Shown: positions 33,041-47,241 of the stretch, piece by piece
Numbering within the stretch: the stretch's first letter is position 1
Layout: each line of letters starts with the position of its first letter
Assembly (NCBI GenBank): GCA_050084985.1
Contig: JBITNC010000001.1
Coordinates: forward strand, 202,740,001-202,804,000
From: Nageia nagi
Taxonomy: Eukaryota > Plantae > Pinophyta
Direction of reading: 5' to 3'
Length of the DNA: 64,000 bases
Position numbers and translations under genes: made by a program
The notes under the pieces: generated by a model
The model's input: the letters and a program-made list of their open reading frames with translations, nothing else
What the model was told of the DNA's origin: nothing
The model's database searches: none

Positions 33041-35401
33041 TTTATTTTTAAGGAAAAATTGGGACAACAATGGGTTCAAAACCCTCCTTTTGTATGAGGT
33101 GGTCCTCAAGTAGTAACATGGATTTTCCTTTAGGAAGGCATCATGAATTGAATCATATTTCCCATCACAAAGAATCATTTATCATAAGAGTTAATCCTTG
33201 TTGCATGTCTTCTTACAAGTGAAATCCCTTGATCCAATATAACTGCAAAGCTTGTTAATTATTGAGTTCTTAAGTTCCTTTAAATGGTTCTAGTTTGCTC
33301 TATTTCACACATAAGATACCAATAGGCTTTAGTATGTTTGTCTCTTCTCAAGATGTTTGCTCAATGTTACATAGATTGCATAAAACACCACCTACTTTCA
33401 GAAGTTAGTTTCATAATCAACTTGATAACTCATGAAAGAACATTAATTTAGAATCAAAGATAAATTTTTTTGGTAAGGGTAAAATAAAGGGTTTTTTTAT
33501 ATAGGTACCCACCTGTTATTACAAATTTGAAATAATCTTGGCAACATCTTGCCACTATATATTTTGTACAATTTCAAGATGCCCTTCTTGAAATCAACTT
33601 GAATATCTAAGAAAATGTTAGATATTAATTCCAGACAAATTTTAATCTAATAAAAACCAACCTAGAGTGAACCTACTATAGAGATCATAATGTGTAGATC
33701 AAAATCCTAATAAAATTATATTTCTTTCTAGATTTGAGGAGAAACCTTCTCCCATAACCAATAAGTGTTTATTATTTTCCCTTTGTAATTTCCTTGGTAG
33801 TTTCCTTTTATCTTATGTCTCCTTCATTTGGATGCCCAACATATAATTAGCTAATATACATCTTCTTTGAAGCATGTTGTGTTATCCTATGATCACTTTC
33901 AAGAATTTGAGTATCTTTAGAATCTAAGTGACTTTCCAATGGTTTAATCTTCTATTTCTTTTTGGGGTTAATGTATTTTCAATAGTCATCTACAAGTATC
34001 TCTTCTATTTATCTTTTCAAGTTATGAGTTCCTTCTTCTATTCTTGGAGTTGATTTATCAGGTTCCTTAGATTTGTATTTAGTTTTTTTTGCTAAGTCAA
34101 AGGAAGTTTCATCATTATTAAAGCTATTTGTATTTGTAGAAGCTGATTTAGGGGTCATGCCTTCCCTTCTTATGGTACCCATAACCTTAATGATGAGCTC
34201 TTGCTTAACCATAATAGCCCCCATTTCCAATTCTGGTTGTCTAATGGTCTCATTCTTATTCTTCTTAGCTTGTTGTTTTGGCTATCATTTTTATTTAGCA
34301 AAGCATGAAATGGTATAATGCCCAACCTAATTGTATACTGAATATAGAAAATTATTCTTTTTAAAATATAATTCTTAAACCCTTTTGTAAAAGTTTGATT
34401 CTAGTGTTGTAGTCTTTGGAAGATTAACCCCACATTCTAGCATGACGTAAAATTTGGCTTCTATCGATCTTGTTTGAGCTTTCATGACTTTATTTATTGT
34501 AATAATTTTTTCAAAATAATTTACAATTCCTTAAAATATTTTATAGTTCTAGAACTCAAAGGGAAGGCGTGAGAGAGTCATCCAAATTGGGGCAATCATT
34601 GTTTTGACATTGAAAGGGTTGAAACCTAGCTTCTATTTTTCTAGGAATAATAATCTCTTTTCAAAAAACCATAGCAAGCTTAAGATGTAATCACAATCTA
34701 TCGAATTATCAATAATAAATACAATATGATCATTGGGCATTATGATTACCTATACATTTACCTTAATTTTCTATTTCAACTTTACCCATTTTCAAATTTA
34801 ATCGATGTTAGCATGAACACCATGAAGTCTGCTAACAAGATTGTATTTTCCCCTTTCCACACATTAATTGAAGAAGAATTTTTCTCCATTCCTTTATATC
34901 TCTAATGATGGGTCCCATATGGATCATAGCCTCTTGTGAGAAAAGGTTATGCAAATATTTCTTAGGCATCTCCATTTCTCACTACATTGGTGATTGAAAT
35001 AACCAATATGTTTGCACAAAACCAGTGTCAAGATCTCAAGCCCATAAATATGTATGCCTTTTTTCATTGAATCCCATAAAAAAATATGTGATTTGCATGA
35101 TGCTCCTATGATTTATCTCACCCCAATCTTACCACACCTTTACCATAATATTTCATAACCTAAAATCCCATGGCCCCTCTTTACCCATCTATCTTGTTGT
35201 CCACTAGAACATCATTCTCCTTACTACAAACTCCCTTGTTGCAAACTCTTGATAAATCCAACATGAAAAGATACATGCAAGCCTATGTTGGGTAAGATTT
35301 GCCCTATCGAGCCTATCTTATCCTTCAAATTTTACCTCTTATCATCCTACACGTGCTCTTTATTATGTGTCTATTCTTAGAATCAAAGATGAAAGTACTA
35401 T

Positions 35402-36557
35402 CACTACTAGGAAAGGCCTATTTGTAGCTTCAAACATGAAAATTGAAAATCAATGTTAATTTGCATCGTATTGCATCGATATGCATCATTTTAATTTTTT
35501 TCCATTTTTCATATTTTTTTGACATAAAAATATAAAAAAAATTTGACACAAAAATCGACACAAAATTTGATACAAAGTTTGCATTGCATTTCATTAATAA
35601 AAAATAAAATATATTTCACATGTTTATCAATCCACTAATTGATGGCTCACATTCATTTTATCCTCTATCCATTCCAAAAGTGATAACCCAATAGCTAGAT
35701 ACCCTCTCTTATTTATATATATCAACAAACCCTCCCCACAATCCTCACATTTCATAGACTTTAACTAATTTTTTTCTTCCTTAGATTTCAAGTTTTGATC
35801 GTAGCTATGGAGCCCAAGATAGATAAGAAGCTCATAGAGAATAAGCCCATAGAGAAAAAACTAATGGTAGAGAAATCTTTAGTTACAAAAAAGAAAACTC
35901 CTTCAAAGTTTTATAAGAAATTGCCCAAAGAAGTAGGCAACAAGAAATGGAAAATAACATTAAAATCTTTTTTGCATCTTTTAGGAAAAATATATATAAT
36001 AAATTCATTTTTTTAAAACCTAAATCACTAACCCCATTCCTAAATTGGTTTAATGGACTAATGTCATTTTTCCAAAGACCTATTAAACAAGGAAATCTAA
36101 GATATAGAGAAAATCACAAAAGTGGATAAAAAATTGAATGATTATTTTAATTAAAATGATGTACCTTACAGAGGCTATAACTTTTGATCCTGATATCATT
36201 TTGAGCCCCTTTTTTTAAATAGTACAAAATCTACAATTTTATAATATTTTTTTCAAAAATTGACATAGAAAATGATGCAAAAATTGATATAAATTATGAA
36301 AATTTGATATAAAAATTGATGTAAATTCTAAAAATCTAATGAAAAAATGATGCAAATTCTTAAAATTTGATGCAAAAACTAGAAATCTAATGCGAACTTT
36401 GACGTAAATTTTTGATGTAAATGTGATGCAAAAAAGAATGCAAAATTGTTGTATCAGTTGCATCAAAATTTATGTCCTTTTTTGGTGCTAAAGTAAAAAA
36501 AAAATGCTTTATATTTCAATGTAAAAAGGGATGCAAATACATTGTTTTCTAGTAGTG
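35402..36557. mobile_element. Complete non-autonomous CACTA (En/Spm) DNA transposon, 1156 bp
   Basis: TIRs CACTACTAGGAAA / TTTTCTAGTAGTG; perfect 3-bp TSD TAT; subterminal TTGCATC/GATGCAAA repeats at both ends. Confidence 0.92.
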
Positions 36558-38779
36558 TATATAGAAAACTTTATAATTTTATTAATTCTCATTAGTGTTA
36601 TCCAAAACTACAACCCTATTCACAGATAAGATAAATCACATTAAAATCAATGATGATTCTATTTTATTTTGAAGAACCTCAATTATAATAGAATTTCTAA
36701 ATTTTGAATGACTTTTATGGGGATTTTTGCAAAATTATTTCAGTCTATTATGTGATTATCTATGTAGTCGCTAACATCTATGGAAGATCATTGATAATCC
36801 TATTTAGTCATTGATGTTTGATCTTTAGTCACCAATATTTTTTATTCTGCAACTTTATATTAATTTTGTTGATTTTATCTTTTTCAATCTATAAGCTTTG
36901 ATGAGATCTGGTGTGTGTTCTCAGTTGTTAAACCCTGTTACTACATCTTTAGCACCTATGGACCCTACACACATGCTAAAAATAATACATTAAACATATA
37001 TGCACAATCATATAGCATTACATTATATAATATCATAAATTAAACAATATAACATCAACATATAAAATACTAAATAACAAGAAGCTCTTGATGAGCTTTG
37101 GTAAAGTCTCTTTACTCTCAAATTGGGTCCCTTTGTTTGTTGTTTGGGTGTTTACTTATAAATTCAAAAATTTGTTAAAATCCATGTTTAAGAGGTACAA
37201 AACTAGGTCTTTTGGCTCACCTAAATCCGAATAGAAGGTGTTATTACATTCAAAACTACAAAATTGGCCATGAATCACTCTATATTCGAACTTATTTTAT
37301 GATTCATTCTTCTAGCTCAGTGTTTTATTTTGATTTTGCTAATTACAAAGTCATTGATGTTTGATGTATAGATGTCGATGTTTCACATAAATTGCCTATG
37401 ACTAAATGGTAGATACTAGTGAATCAACATTTATTATATAAGTTTTTATGATAAAGTTTATATGTAATTATTTTGAATATTTTAAATGGGGGTAATTTTT
37501 TATTAGCTACATTTTGCCCCTTTTTGAATTATTTGTGTATGATGGCAGTGGGTGATTCAAAAATTTCTTTGTATATTGGTATATTTTGGTTTCTTAACTT
37601 GTAATTTTGATTCTTATCGATGTTTTGATTAGCTTATTCATATAATGAGGGAATTTTGATCATTTAAACCATGATTAAATCAACTTCTGATTTTTTGCAA
37701 TTGACACATTTTGAAAGTGATAGTGTTGTACATCAAAATAAAACTTTTGTTTGTCTCTTTATGCTATTATGAGGTGGGTATGTGATGATACTTTAGTTCT
37801 CCTACATATATCATTTTGAAGTAGTTACGTGACATGAAGTTTGTCTTATATATACAAGTTGACTTTGATTTTTTTACTCTTTGTCCCAGTAGAAGGGGTT
37901 ACATGATGATCTCTTGCATAGGTTCTTACTATGCATTTAGTCATGATTAACATTTTTCAAACTTGAATTGTTCATTGATTTGAATGATTTAAATAATTCT
38001 CAATTTTTAAAAAATAAGTAAAGAAGAGGTTTTCTTTCTCCTCTTTTTTTTTTTAAATGTTCTATAATTTTTTAAGTTTTTGGAAACATCTTTTTGAATT
38101 TTTGTATTTTGGATTTTTTTTTTAAAGTTACTAGCATTTAGCCATAATTATCAATGATTTAGTGTAATCATCATTGATTAATTGTAATCATGAATGATTT
38201 ATTTCTGAATGTCGACCTCTAAAACTAAGGGTTTATAACAACAAAAAATTCATTTGTCAGTTGCACTTTTAACTTTTGTGTAGTGTGTTAGAGACACTTT
38301 TTTTTTTACCTTTTTCATGATTCCCCACTTTGACTAGTTTTATACCCTTAGTGTCACTTTCTATGGATCAAAATGCCATCTAGGAGGAGACCAACTACTA
38401 GGATGAGGCCTATCAGAGTTGAGGTAGGGTTTTAGAACCTTTCTTTCTATTTTTATCTTAATATACATGTTTATAGTTTAATCATAGGAACTAAATCCAT
38501 AGGAATACTTATTTTTAAATATAGATGATTTTTATTTTTTCATTTTAGTCTAATTTAGGTTATATTTTATTTTAAATTTTGGATTTTTAGTTGCACAATC
38601 ACCACTCAGGGTAGAAGGGTTTCATAATTGTTAGTGTTTTTTTTAGTGAATGTCGATGAATTTGCAACAATATGTTAGGGTCATAAACATTTGTATTTAA
38701 TAGATTTTTTTATAACTTAGTTAATTTATTATGTTAGAGATCTGTTTGATCCTAGAGGGTGATATCCCTCGATATTAGC

Positions 38780-40760
38780 TGAGGGGAAGCCATTTTTTGT
38801 CTAATGAGCATCATACTTTCCTTAGAATTGTAGGGTTTTATGTTGGACCTTTTATGGATTGTATCCATTGGGATTATCCTCTAGTTGCTACTTTGCTTGA
38901 GTGATGGGATTCTATCACTTCCACATTCCATCTCCTTACAAAAGAGATGATGATCATAGTAGAGGATATATATCACCTATATCATTTACGCATTCATGGT
39001 TAGTGTGTACAACATATTATTGATCAAGATGATGCATAAGCTATAATTTTGTATCATTATGGAGCTGATAGAGTGGTAGGCATCATGTTAAAGATTAGTT
39101 CAGGAGGTATTAGACACTTTTAGTTATGGATAAAGGAACAGGATGAACATACCTAATTTTCTTATTTGATAGGTTTGATTTAGCGTTATGCATTACTTGA
39201 TACATGGAATGCTCATTTCCCTTAGTCCTTGATTCAGGTTTTTGTAGATATGATTGAGCATGGGATTATTTTTTCATGGACATCCACATTGTTAGCTCAA
39301 CATTATAGAGATCTCTTTTTCTATACTTAGGGCTAGAGGACCTCATTTATGGTTACCATTACGTTTTAGGTGTGAGCATATGAGCATATAACTATTTCAC
39401 AACGTGATGGGCCACCTAAACTGAGATTTGTTGATACTTCTCCTAATACTATGGGTATTAAGATATGGATGGATGATTATTTCATTAGGCTCATAGATGA
39501 CATATGATGAGATGTTAGCTATTATCATGGAGTATTGAGTCTTTTGATATCATATCATATTAGGTTGCATTCTTATTAATATTATTTAATTTAGGAGGAG
39601 ATAATTGAGCAATTATCTGGTATTCATCAAGGATGAGTACTTAATGGTCATAGGATAAAGTTTTTAGAGTATTTTCAATTTAACTGTGTTAGATGATAGT
39701 TTGGATTAGTGCAAGATATTCCTCCTAACCTTGTAAGGTTTTAGAGGGAGAGTACCATCCCTACTAATGGATTAGATCCCTTTATTTATGCAGAGCCTAA
39801 TCTTAATGATAATGAGAATTTATTGGAGGAGGTTGATGATGATGATGTTGGAGTGAAAAAGGTTAATTCTACTTGGTGGGCCTCCAAGATGAAGGAGGAT
39901 GATGAGTTTGAGAAGTGACGATGGGTACAATAATGGGTTGGTGATATTCTTGAGGAGCTATTAGGAATGCATACTCATGATGTAGAGATGCCCTACCTAA
40001 GATGGGCTCTTGAGATGGAGATACATAGTGAGGAGGAGATACCTCAGGATGAGATTTCTCATGAGGAGGAAGATTATAGATAGGTCCCTTAGGTTAGGAG
40101 TGTTGAATCATTACTTGTTGAGATCCATGAGCTTAAGTTTTTACTTGAGTAATCTCAATCATTATTGAGCTAGTCTCATGAGGATAGCCAAACTCTTCGA
40201 GAGCAAATCCATCAATTTTATTATTTAGAGGATGATAATATTTGATTTAGGGTAGAGAGAGTTAGACATAATTTTGAGAGAGATGAAACCCATATGAGCA
40301 TTCAATATTTACATCAGCAAATGGGTTCCCAGGGAGTGGTTGGAGGATCAAAGAAACATTCTATGATTTTTATGAGAGATATATGTAGACAAAAAGATTA
40401 AAATTATGGGGTTGTGGATACATGGCTTTCTAGCATTCTAGCATATCATGTGAGCATTGATTATCCACTACCTCCACTAGGTTACATACCTTTGGATATA
40501 CATACTATACCTCAACTAGTTGGCAGTGATACACATGGTGGATCTAGCATGCACAAAGTGATATACAAATTTTAGAAGACTCCTAGTATGATGTTATAAC
40601 TATCTCTTCACATTGACAATTGACTTCTTCAGAGCTATAGGTTGTAGGTCAAGAGAGGAGTTTAGGTAGTCCATCAACACATAAAGAACCTGATGTTGGT
40701 GAGACCAATGGACATACTAGAAAGACTAGTGGTCATGGAGATGATCTTGATGTTGGTGAC
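38780..40760 (+). pseudogene. Decayed plant mobile domain (PMD / MAIN-like) ORF, probably TE-borne
   Basis: LLE*WDSITSTFHLLTKEMMIIVEDIYHL (LVERW..T.TFHLP.GEMT.TLED) and FSWTSTLLAQHYRDL...AYEH (YAWG...LA.LYR.L...W.YEH), followed by acidic/coiled-coil remnants. Confidence 0.75.
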
Positions 40761-41619
40761 ACTTAGGTGTTTTATGTTATTTTTATGATCTTATTTGTGG
40801 ACTTTGGTGATTATGTATTCATGTATTTGAATTTATTGATTTCTAATTTGATAATTTATGATGATATATACTTTTTATATTTTGACATGATATGATGATG
40901 TTAGGATCATATGTGATCTACATGATTTTTGTTATATGGGTTATATATAAACTTGATGACTTAATATTAGATTTTATTTATGTTATGATGATTATATGAT
41001 GACTTTTAGTTTTACCTATCTTATGTTATGTTATGGTGAGTTATTTGGTTTATTAATTAATGAAATGTATTATTATAATTTGATGTAAATATTACATGAT
41101 ATTTATATCTTAAGTGTAGATAAATGGTTGAAGTGATCTATAATGCTTCATTTAATGAATTCAAATAATGATATTACTACATGATGTATATAATTATTTG
41201 ATGATATCACTAGGTTTATCCTAATATCTTATGTTATTTTAATGTTTAATGTAATAATATCTAATTATTATTTTTGATGATTGTAAATGGACTATTTCAA
41301 TATTTGGATATGAATAGTTGAAAACTACTTTTACATAATCTATTATGAATATTTTGAAAAATATTTTATTTATAGTTAATGAATGTTTTAATTTTGATGT
41401 TATTTGAAGAATAAATGACTTAAAACTTATACATTATTAAAGTAAAAATGTAAAAAAAATTATTATTACAAGATTAGATTAATTATATATTTCTTTGGTG
41501 AAATATTTTTGGATAAAATTTCAATTAAAATATTATGAAATCAAATATCATCATTTTCTATTCTTGGCTATTTTATATACAAGGTTTCAACATATATAGA
41601 GTGACAAGTAACAATTCAT

Positions 41620-42050
41620 GTATGGAAAGGCACCAGTAAAGTAAATAACATCTACTACTCTCCTAATTTCAATACAATTTGCTAAGAGAGGGAAAAATTA
41701 TGAAGAGAAACTATAAGCTTATTTTTGAAGATGAAAAGTGTGTGATCTATGATAAGAATAATGGTCATAGGATGGTCACTATAGTCTTAATGATTAAGAA
41801 TATATTATTTACACTCAAATTCAAAGAATATTATGACCAACTAGCAAATGTAGCCATGGAGAATACGAATTGGCTTTTCCATATGAGATATGTCCATCTA
41901 AGCTACTCAAGTTTGAGATTATTGACATCTCAAAAAATGGTCCATGGGCAACCCAATATTGAATACGAGAAGACTGTGTGTGAAGGATGTACTTTGGGAA
42001 AACACTCATGAGAGAAGTTTCCAAGAGATCAAGCTTGAAGAGATTCCTAT
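41620..42050 (+). mobile_element. Copia fragment (protease end, GAG-pre-integrase, integrase zinc finger)
   Basis: NWLFHMRYVHLSY...VCEGCTLGKHS; closely similar to 46680-47106. Confidence 0.85.
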
Positions 42051-42379
42051 CATATGTTGTACTTAGATCATTTCATACCATATTATTGGAGCATTTATAT
42101 AATTTCATATCATATGTTGCACTTGTAAAAAAATGAACAATGAATAGTTAGTTTGATTGGGCCATCCTTTAGGAGCCCATGGCTAACAATTTGATTAGGC
42201 TCATTGTGATTGAGCTCAAGTGCCTCGAGAAACTGATGATGACATATCCTAGAAGCAATATTCAAATAGGATAATGCTTCCAAGCCATGCCATTTTTTAA
42301 TTAATTCCTTTTGCAGTGATTTTAAATTGCCTCAATTTAACATCTCTAAATTGTGACAATTTTAACAACCCATTAAATA

Positions 42380-42629
42380 AGAGCACCTAAAGTTTTATGT
42401 AATGGTTATTAACTGCCACATTTTTTTTATGGTGGTTGATAGGGCATTTTATAACTGCCACTTGGTTTTTAAAGGTGGTAATTTAGTGGTCTATATGGCT
42501 ATGGGTATTAGCCATCACCATAGAGGAACCACTTTTTATGGTGCCCACATAGAAGTGGTGGGATAACCACTAGTAAAGTGCTTTGGTAGGGCTTTTAAAC
42601 TTCTACCAAAAGCCCTTTTTGGTCTAGTG
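42380..42629. mobile_element. Right terminus of a CACTA element
   Basis: Ends GCCCTTTTTGGTCTAGTG (reverse complement CACTAGACCAAAAAGGGC) after GGTGG/CCAC-rich subterminal repeats. Confidence 0.6.
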
Positions 42630-42630
42630 T

Positions 42631-42780
42631 GCATTCAAAACTAGATATGGTCATTATGAATTCATTATACTTAATTTTGGTCTCACAAATGCCCCTATCA
42701 CATTAATGAATTTGATGAACAACATATACATGGAATATCTTGATAAGTTTTTTCTATTCTTCTTAGATGATATTATTTAT
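42631..42780 (+). mobile_element. Chromovirus-type gypsy RT fragment
   Basis: [30 protein letters not shown]...[14 protein letters not shown]. Confidence 0.85.
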
Positions 42781-43579
42781 GAAAAATAATCAATTACCTT
42801 CCCCTGTATAATAAAACTAACATGTACATTTGTGAATTGTTATTTTAAATGATCCAATATTCTCTTTTTTTTTTTCTATCCTTAGAATTATATTCTTCTA
42901 TCTTTTTTTGCATTTCATCCATGACTAGTTCTAGAAAATTATTCTAACCATGGACATCATACTGAAAATAAAGACCTCCAAAAAATCTATAATGTTTATG
43001 ATTATAGTATCTCTAAATCACCTTATATCATTCTTTTCTACCTCATATTTCTTTGGATTATATATGGATAGATTATGTAGGAGGAATTAGTGCAACACCA
43101 TCATGATCTTGGTTCCTATACTTGTTTGACCTCTACCTATCACCATTCCAAATATAATTGACCAAGGCACATTACCCAATAAGGAAAAAGTATTATATAC
43201 TATCACCCTTTCTGATATCTATCCATTCTCCTCCACCACCATATGAGTAAACCTCTCTATAATCAGGTATCTAATGCATGTTCCTAAATTCCTCCTCAGT
43301 AATCTCTATGATGTTTTTCATGAGGTCCTATGATGAATATTGCAAGTATCAATATTTAAGTTAATGAATCATAATAAAAAAATAACACATACTTATACTT
43401 CCTCTACAAAATAATAATAAAATAAATATTTAGTATCTAATGCATAGTGAGTTGAGATTTTTCAATAACAAACTTCAAAGCAATGAATGCAACTTCCTTG
43501 CAATTCAAATAAAGAGACCTATTTAAAGAATAAACTTGAAACCATGTTTGTTTGAATTAAATATGTTGTTATTTTTAAA

Positions 43580-44290
43580 CTAGAAAATTTACAACAAGGT
43601 TTATAAATACATAAAAGACTCATTAAAAGCATATTTATGTCACATGTTATGGTTATGAGTTCCCTAGTGGACATGATGCAAATACAGTTTTATGGAATGC
43701 AATGGTTGGAGGATATAGAATTCATGGCTAAAAAAAGAATGCCCTTAAACTATTTCATCTTATAAAGTACTTGAGAACCAACTCTAACAACATAACCTTT
43801 TCATGTATTCTACTTGCATGCAACCATGAATGAATAATGGATGAGGGTTGTAAATACATTAATAGCATGAGGGATTCTTACTACATTATTCATAGGATGA
43901 ATCATTATCTATGCATTGTTATGGTCATGGAAGCTATCTTGAGAAAGCTATGAAAGTTATTGCTAATATAAACAAAATACCTAAATTATGTATGAATGTT
44001 TGTCATTGGTGCTTTAAGATCATAAAATAATGTAGGAATTAGGAGATTTATGATAACAAACCTTTTTTTATTAGAGACTAAAGATGATCTATATTATGTT
44101 CTTCTTTCAAATATTTATTTTGAAGTGGGCAACTGAGATTATGATAAAGGAGTAAGGACATTGTTGAAATATTAAGGAATCAAGAAGACACTTGTGTAGT
44201 TGGATTAAATTTAACAAAAGGGTAAATGATTTTCTTGAAGGATATAGACCACACCCACAAATATAAATGAATTATGGAAAATGAGAAAGA
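43580..44290 (+). pseudogene. PLS-class PPR pseudogene, C-terminal PPR motifs and E/E+ domain (copy 1)
   Basis: LWNAMVGGYRIHG*...ITFSCILLACNH...DEGCKY...YYVLLSNIYFEVG...GIKK...SWI; stops and frameshifts. Confidence 0.88.
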
Positions 44291-44294
44291 GTAC

Positions 44295-44936
44295 AATAGG
44301 CCTTAGGAATTATTTGACAAGATGCAAGGTGCAAACATAGTTTTGTAGAATGCAATATATAAGATTAGCATTCAAACATTATAAAATCACCTTTTCCAAC
44401 TTTCTCAAATAATGACCCAAAGTAGAAAATTTGTAACATGGTTTATAAATACATCAAATACTCTTTAAAAGTGTATTTCTATCACATGTTATGGTTATGA
44501 GTTCTCTAATATATATGATGCAAATATAGTTTCATAGAATGCAATGGTTGGAGGATATCAAATTCATTGCTACAACAATAAACTTTTTCATATAATGAAG
44601 CACTTAGGAACCAACTCTAACAACATATAACCTTTGTATGTGTTCTACTTGCATGCTATCATGTATAAATAATGGATGAGGGTTGTAAATACTTTAATAA
44701 CATGAGGGAATATTATTGTATTATTTATAGGATGAATCATTATATATGCATTATTCACCTTCTTGGTCATGCATTATATCTTAAGGAAGCTATGAAAGTT
44801 ATTGCTAAGATACCCAAAAAACCTAAATTATGTATGTGGATATTTGTTATTCGTGCTTTAAGATCACATAAGAATGTAGAAACTAAGGTATTTATGGCAA
44901 AAATATTTTTTTGTTAAAGACTAAATATGCTCCATT
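44295..44936 (+). pseudogene. PLS-class PPR pseudogene (copy 2), truncated by a copia LTR
   Basis: Parallel to 43580-44090: NAMVGGYQIH...TFVCVLLACYH...MDEGCKYFNNMREYYCIIYRMNHYICIIHLLGHA. Confidence 0.88.
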
Positions 44937-47241
44937 TGTTGGAAACTTAACTCATTGCTCAAGTTCCAAGACTAAGGTTCCTTAGTTTCTGGCTCTTTGT
45001 TCATAGGTGCAATACACCTCACCCCAAGTGTAGTATGTCTCACTCACCAAATGAGTATGCCTAGCATTCTTGCATTAGACATAGTGCACTTAGCTCCAAG
45101 CATAGTGCATCTTAGACACTAGGAATAGTTTGCCTAACACCAAATGTAGTGTACCTCACCCCTTTGTACCATGAACAATGCACCTAAAAATAGAGCCTGA
45201 TGGGCTATTCTTAGCATATGCAAGATTGCAATTTTTTTTCTCTTAGTTTAGATTAGTTGTTGCTATTTTGGGTACTAGTTTTTCCTAGTTGTCTTTTAGT
45301 ATGATAGGGTAAGTTTAGAATGTTTTAGTTTGTTTTTGGATTACATTGTAACAAGTTATAATCATGCAACTTGAGTTTATATTTAGCACATTCTATTTAA
45401 GGGTTTTTGCAAAACTTATATATATACAATGAGTTTATTTTTCAAAAAATGAAAGTAAAATACTTCTCATTGTGGTATCATAGCTTTAGGAATATCTATT
45501 GGGTTAGAGTTAGTGAGTGCAATTGCAAGAATTTATTAAATTCTTTCAATAGACTATGATCCATTTTGTTTTGTTGTATTGAGTAATATGGTTGTAAACA
45601 ATAATACTCTACCCATCCCAGAGTTCTATGGAGAGGATTATGAGTATTTCTTTATCAAGATGAAGACATTAAAAATAGGGAAGGGGCTATGGGATATAGT
45701 TAAGGAAGGATACATTGATTTAGCTAACTGGAACATTTTCCAGGCTAATGATAAGACTACTAAGAAGGAGGATCAAAAAAAGAACTCCTTTGCACTTTAT
45801 CATATACAATTTTCCTTGGATAAGAGCATCTTCCCTAGGATTGCTTTATGCACATCTTTCCAAGATGCATGGAAAGCACTCAAGGAGAGCTATGAAGGTA
45901 GCACCCAAGTGAAGCAAGTGAGGTTGTAAACCCCTAAGAGATATTTTGAGAATCTTAATATGCAATGTAGTGATATGTTGGGAGATTATTATGTGTGATT
46001 AAAAGCATGTGTGGATAAAATGAAGAATCTTGGAGAGGAGATTACAAATGCAAATATAGTGAAGAAATTATTGAGAACACTTCTTCCTAAGTGGAACCAT
46101 GTATCAATAATAATTTAAGAGTCCAAAGATCTATCAACTCTTACTTATGATCAACTAATAGGATCCTTGATGTCCCATGAAGAGAGGATCCAAGATTCTA
46201 CATAATCATTGGTTTCAATTGATGAGGAGAAGGCTTTTGCAACAAAAGAGATTGAAGCTTAAAATGCACAAGGGAGAGGCCAATCATATTCAAGAGGAAT
46301 AGTAAGAGGAAGGAGAGGAGATGTTTATGGATGAGGTAGAGGTGGTTCAAATGGAGGGGAGTCAAGAAAAATAAACAATATTACTATTGTAACAAATTTT
46401 GGCAATATTAGGAGTGTAGAGAAAAGGCTTCCCAAGAAGGAGTAAGTGCAATCCATTATAGAGAGGAGGATGGGACCTCCAATTTATTTTTGTCTTATAG
46501 GAAGATAAACTCAAAATCTTAATGAAACTTGGATTCTAGATATTGGTGCCTCTAATCACATGATTGAAAAAGAAGAGTTACTTGCTTCAATGGAAAAATC
46601 TTTCAAGTATAAGATAAAGGTTAGAGAAGATAATGCATTGACCATGGAAGGCATGGGAATAATGGAGGTAAACACCAAAGAGGGCACCAAGAAAATAAAT
46701 AATATATACTACACTCCTAATCTTAAATGCAATTTGCTAAGTGTGGGATAAATTATGAAGAGCAACTATAAGCTTATTATTGAAGATGAAAAGTGTGTGA
46801 TCTATGATAAGAATAATGGTTAAAGGCTAGTCACTATAGTACTAATGATCAAGAATAAATTATTTACACTCAAATTCAAAGGATATTATGAACAACTAGA
46901 AAATGTAACCATTGAGAATAGGAATTGGCTTTGCCATATGAGATATGGACATCTAAGCTACCCAAGTTTGGGATTATTGACATGTTAATAAATGGTCCAT
47001 GGGCTACCCAAGATTGAAGAAGAAAAGACTATGTGTGAAGAATGTGCTTTGGGAAAACACTCATGAGGGAAGTTTTCAAGAGATCAATCTTAAAGAGATT
47101 CCTATCCCCTCCAATTGGTGCATTCTAATATTTATGGTCCCGTCAAAACATAAAGTATTAGTAAGAATTCCTAATTCCTTACTTTCATAGATGATTGCAC
47201 AAGGATATGTTAGATTTATTTTCTAACTTCCAAGGATCAGG
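44937..47241 (+). mobile_element. Decayed copia element: 5' LTR (44937-45469), Met PBS, gag, protease, start of integrase; interrupted by a later LTR
   Basis: TGTTGG...CTCA; TGGTATCATAGC at 45473; IPEFYGEDYEY...IFPRIALCTSFQDAWKAL; WILDIGASNHM; integrase zinc finger. Confidence 0.85.

Noticed and set aside
33100-35390. Possible additional gypsy gag/PR remnants on the minus strand
   Set aside because: Motifs too eroded to support a specific call
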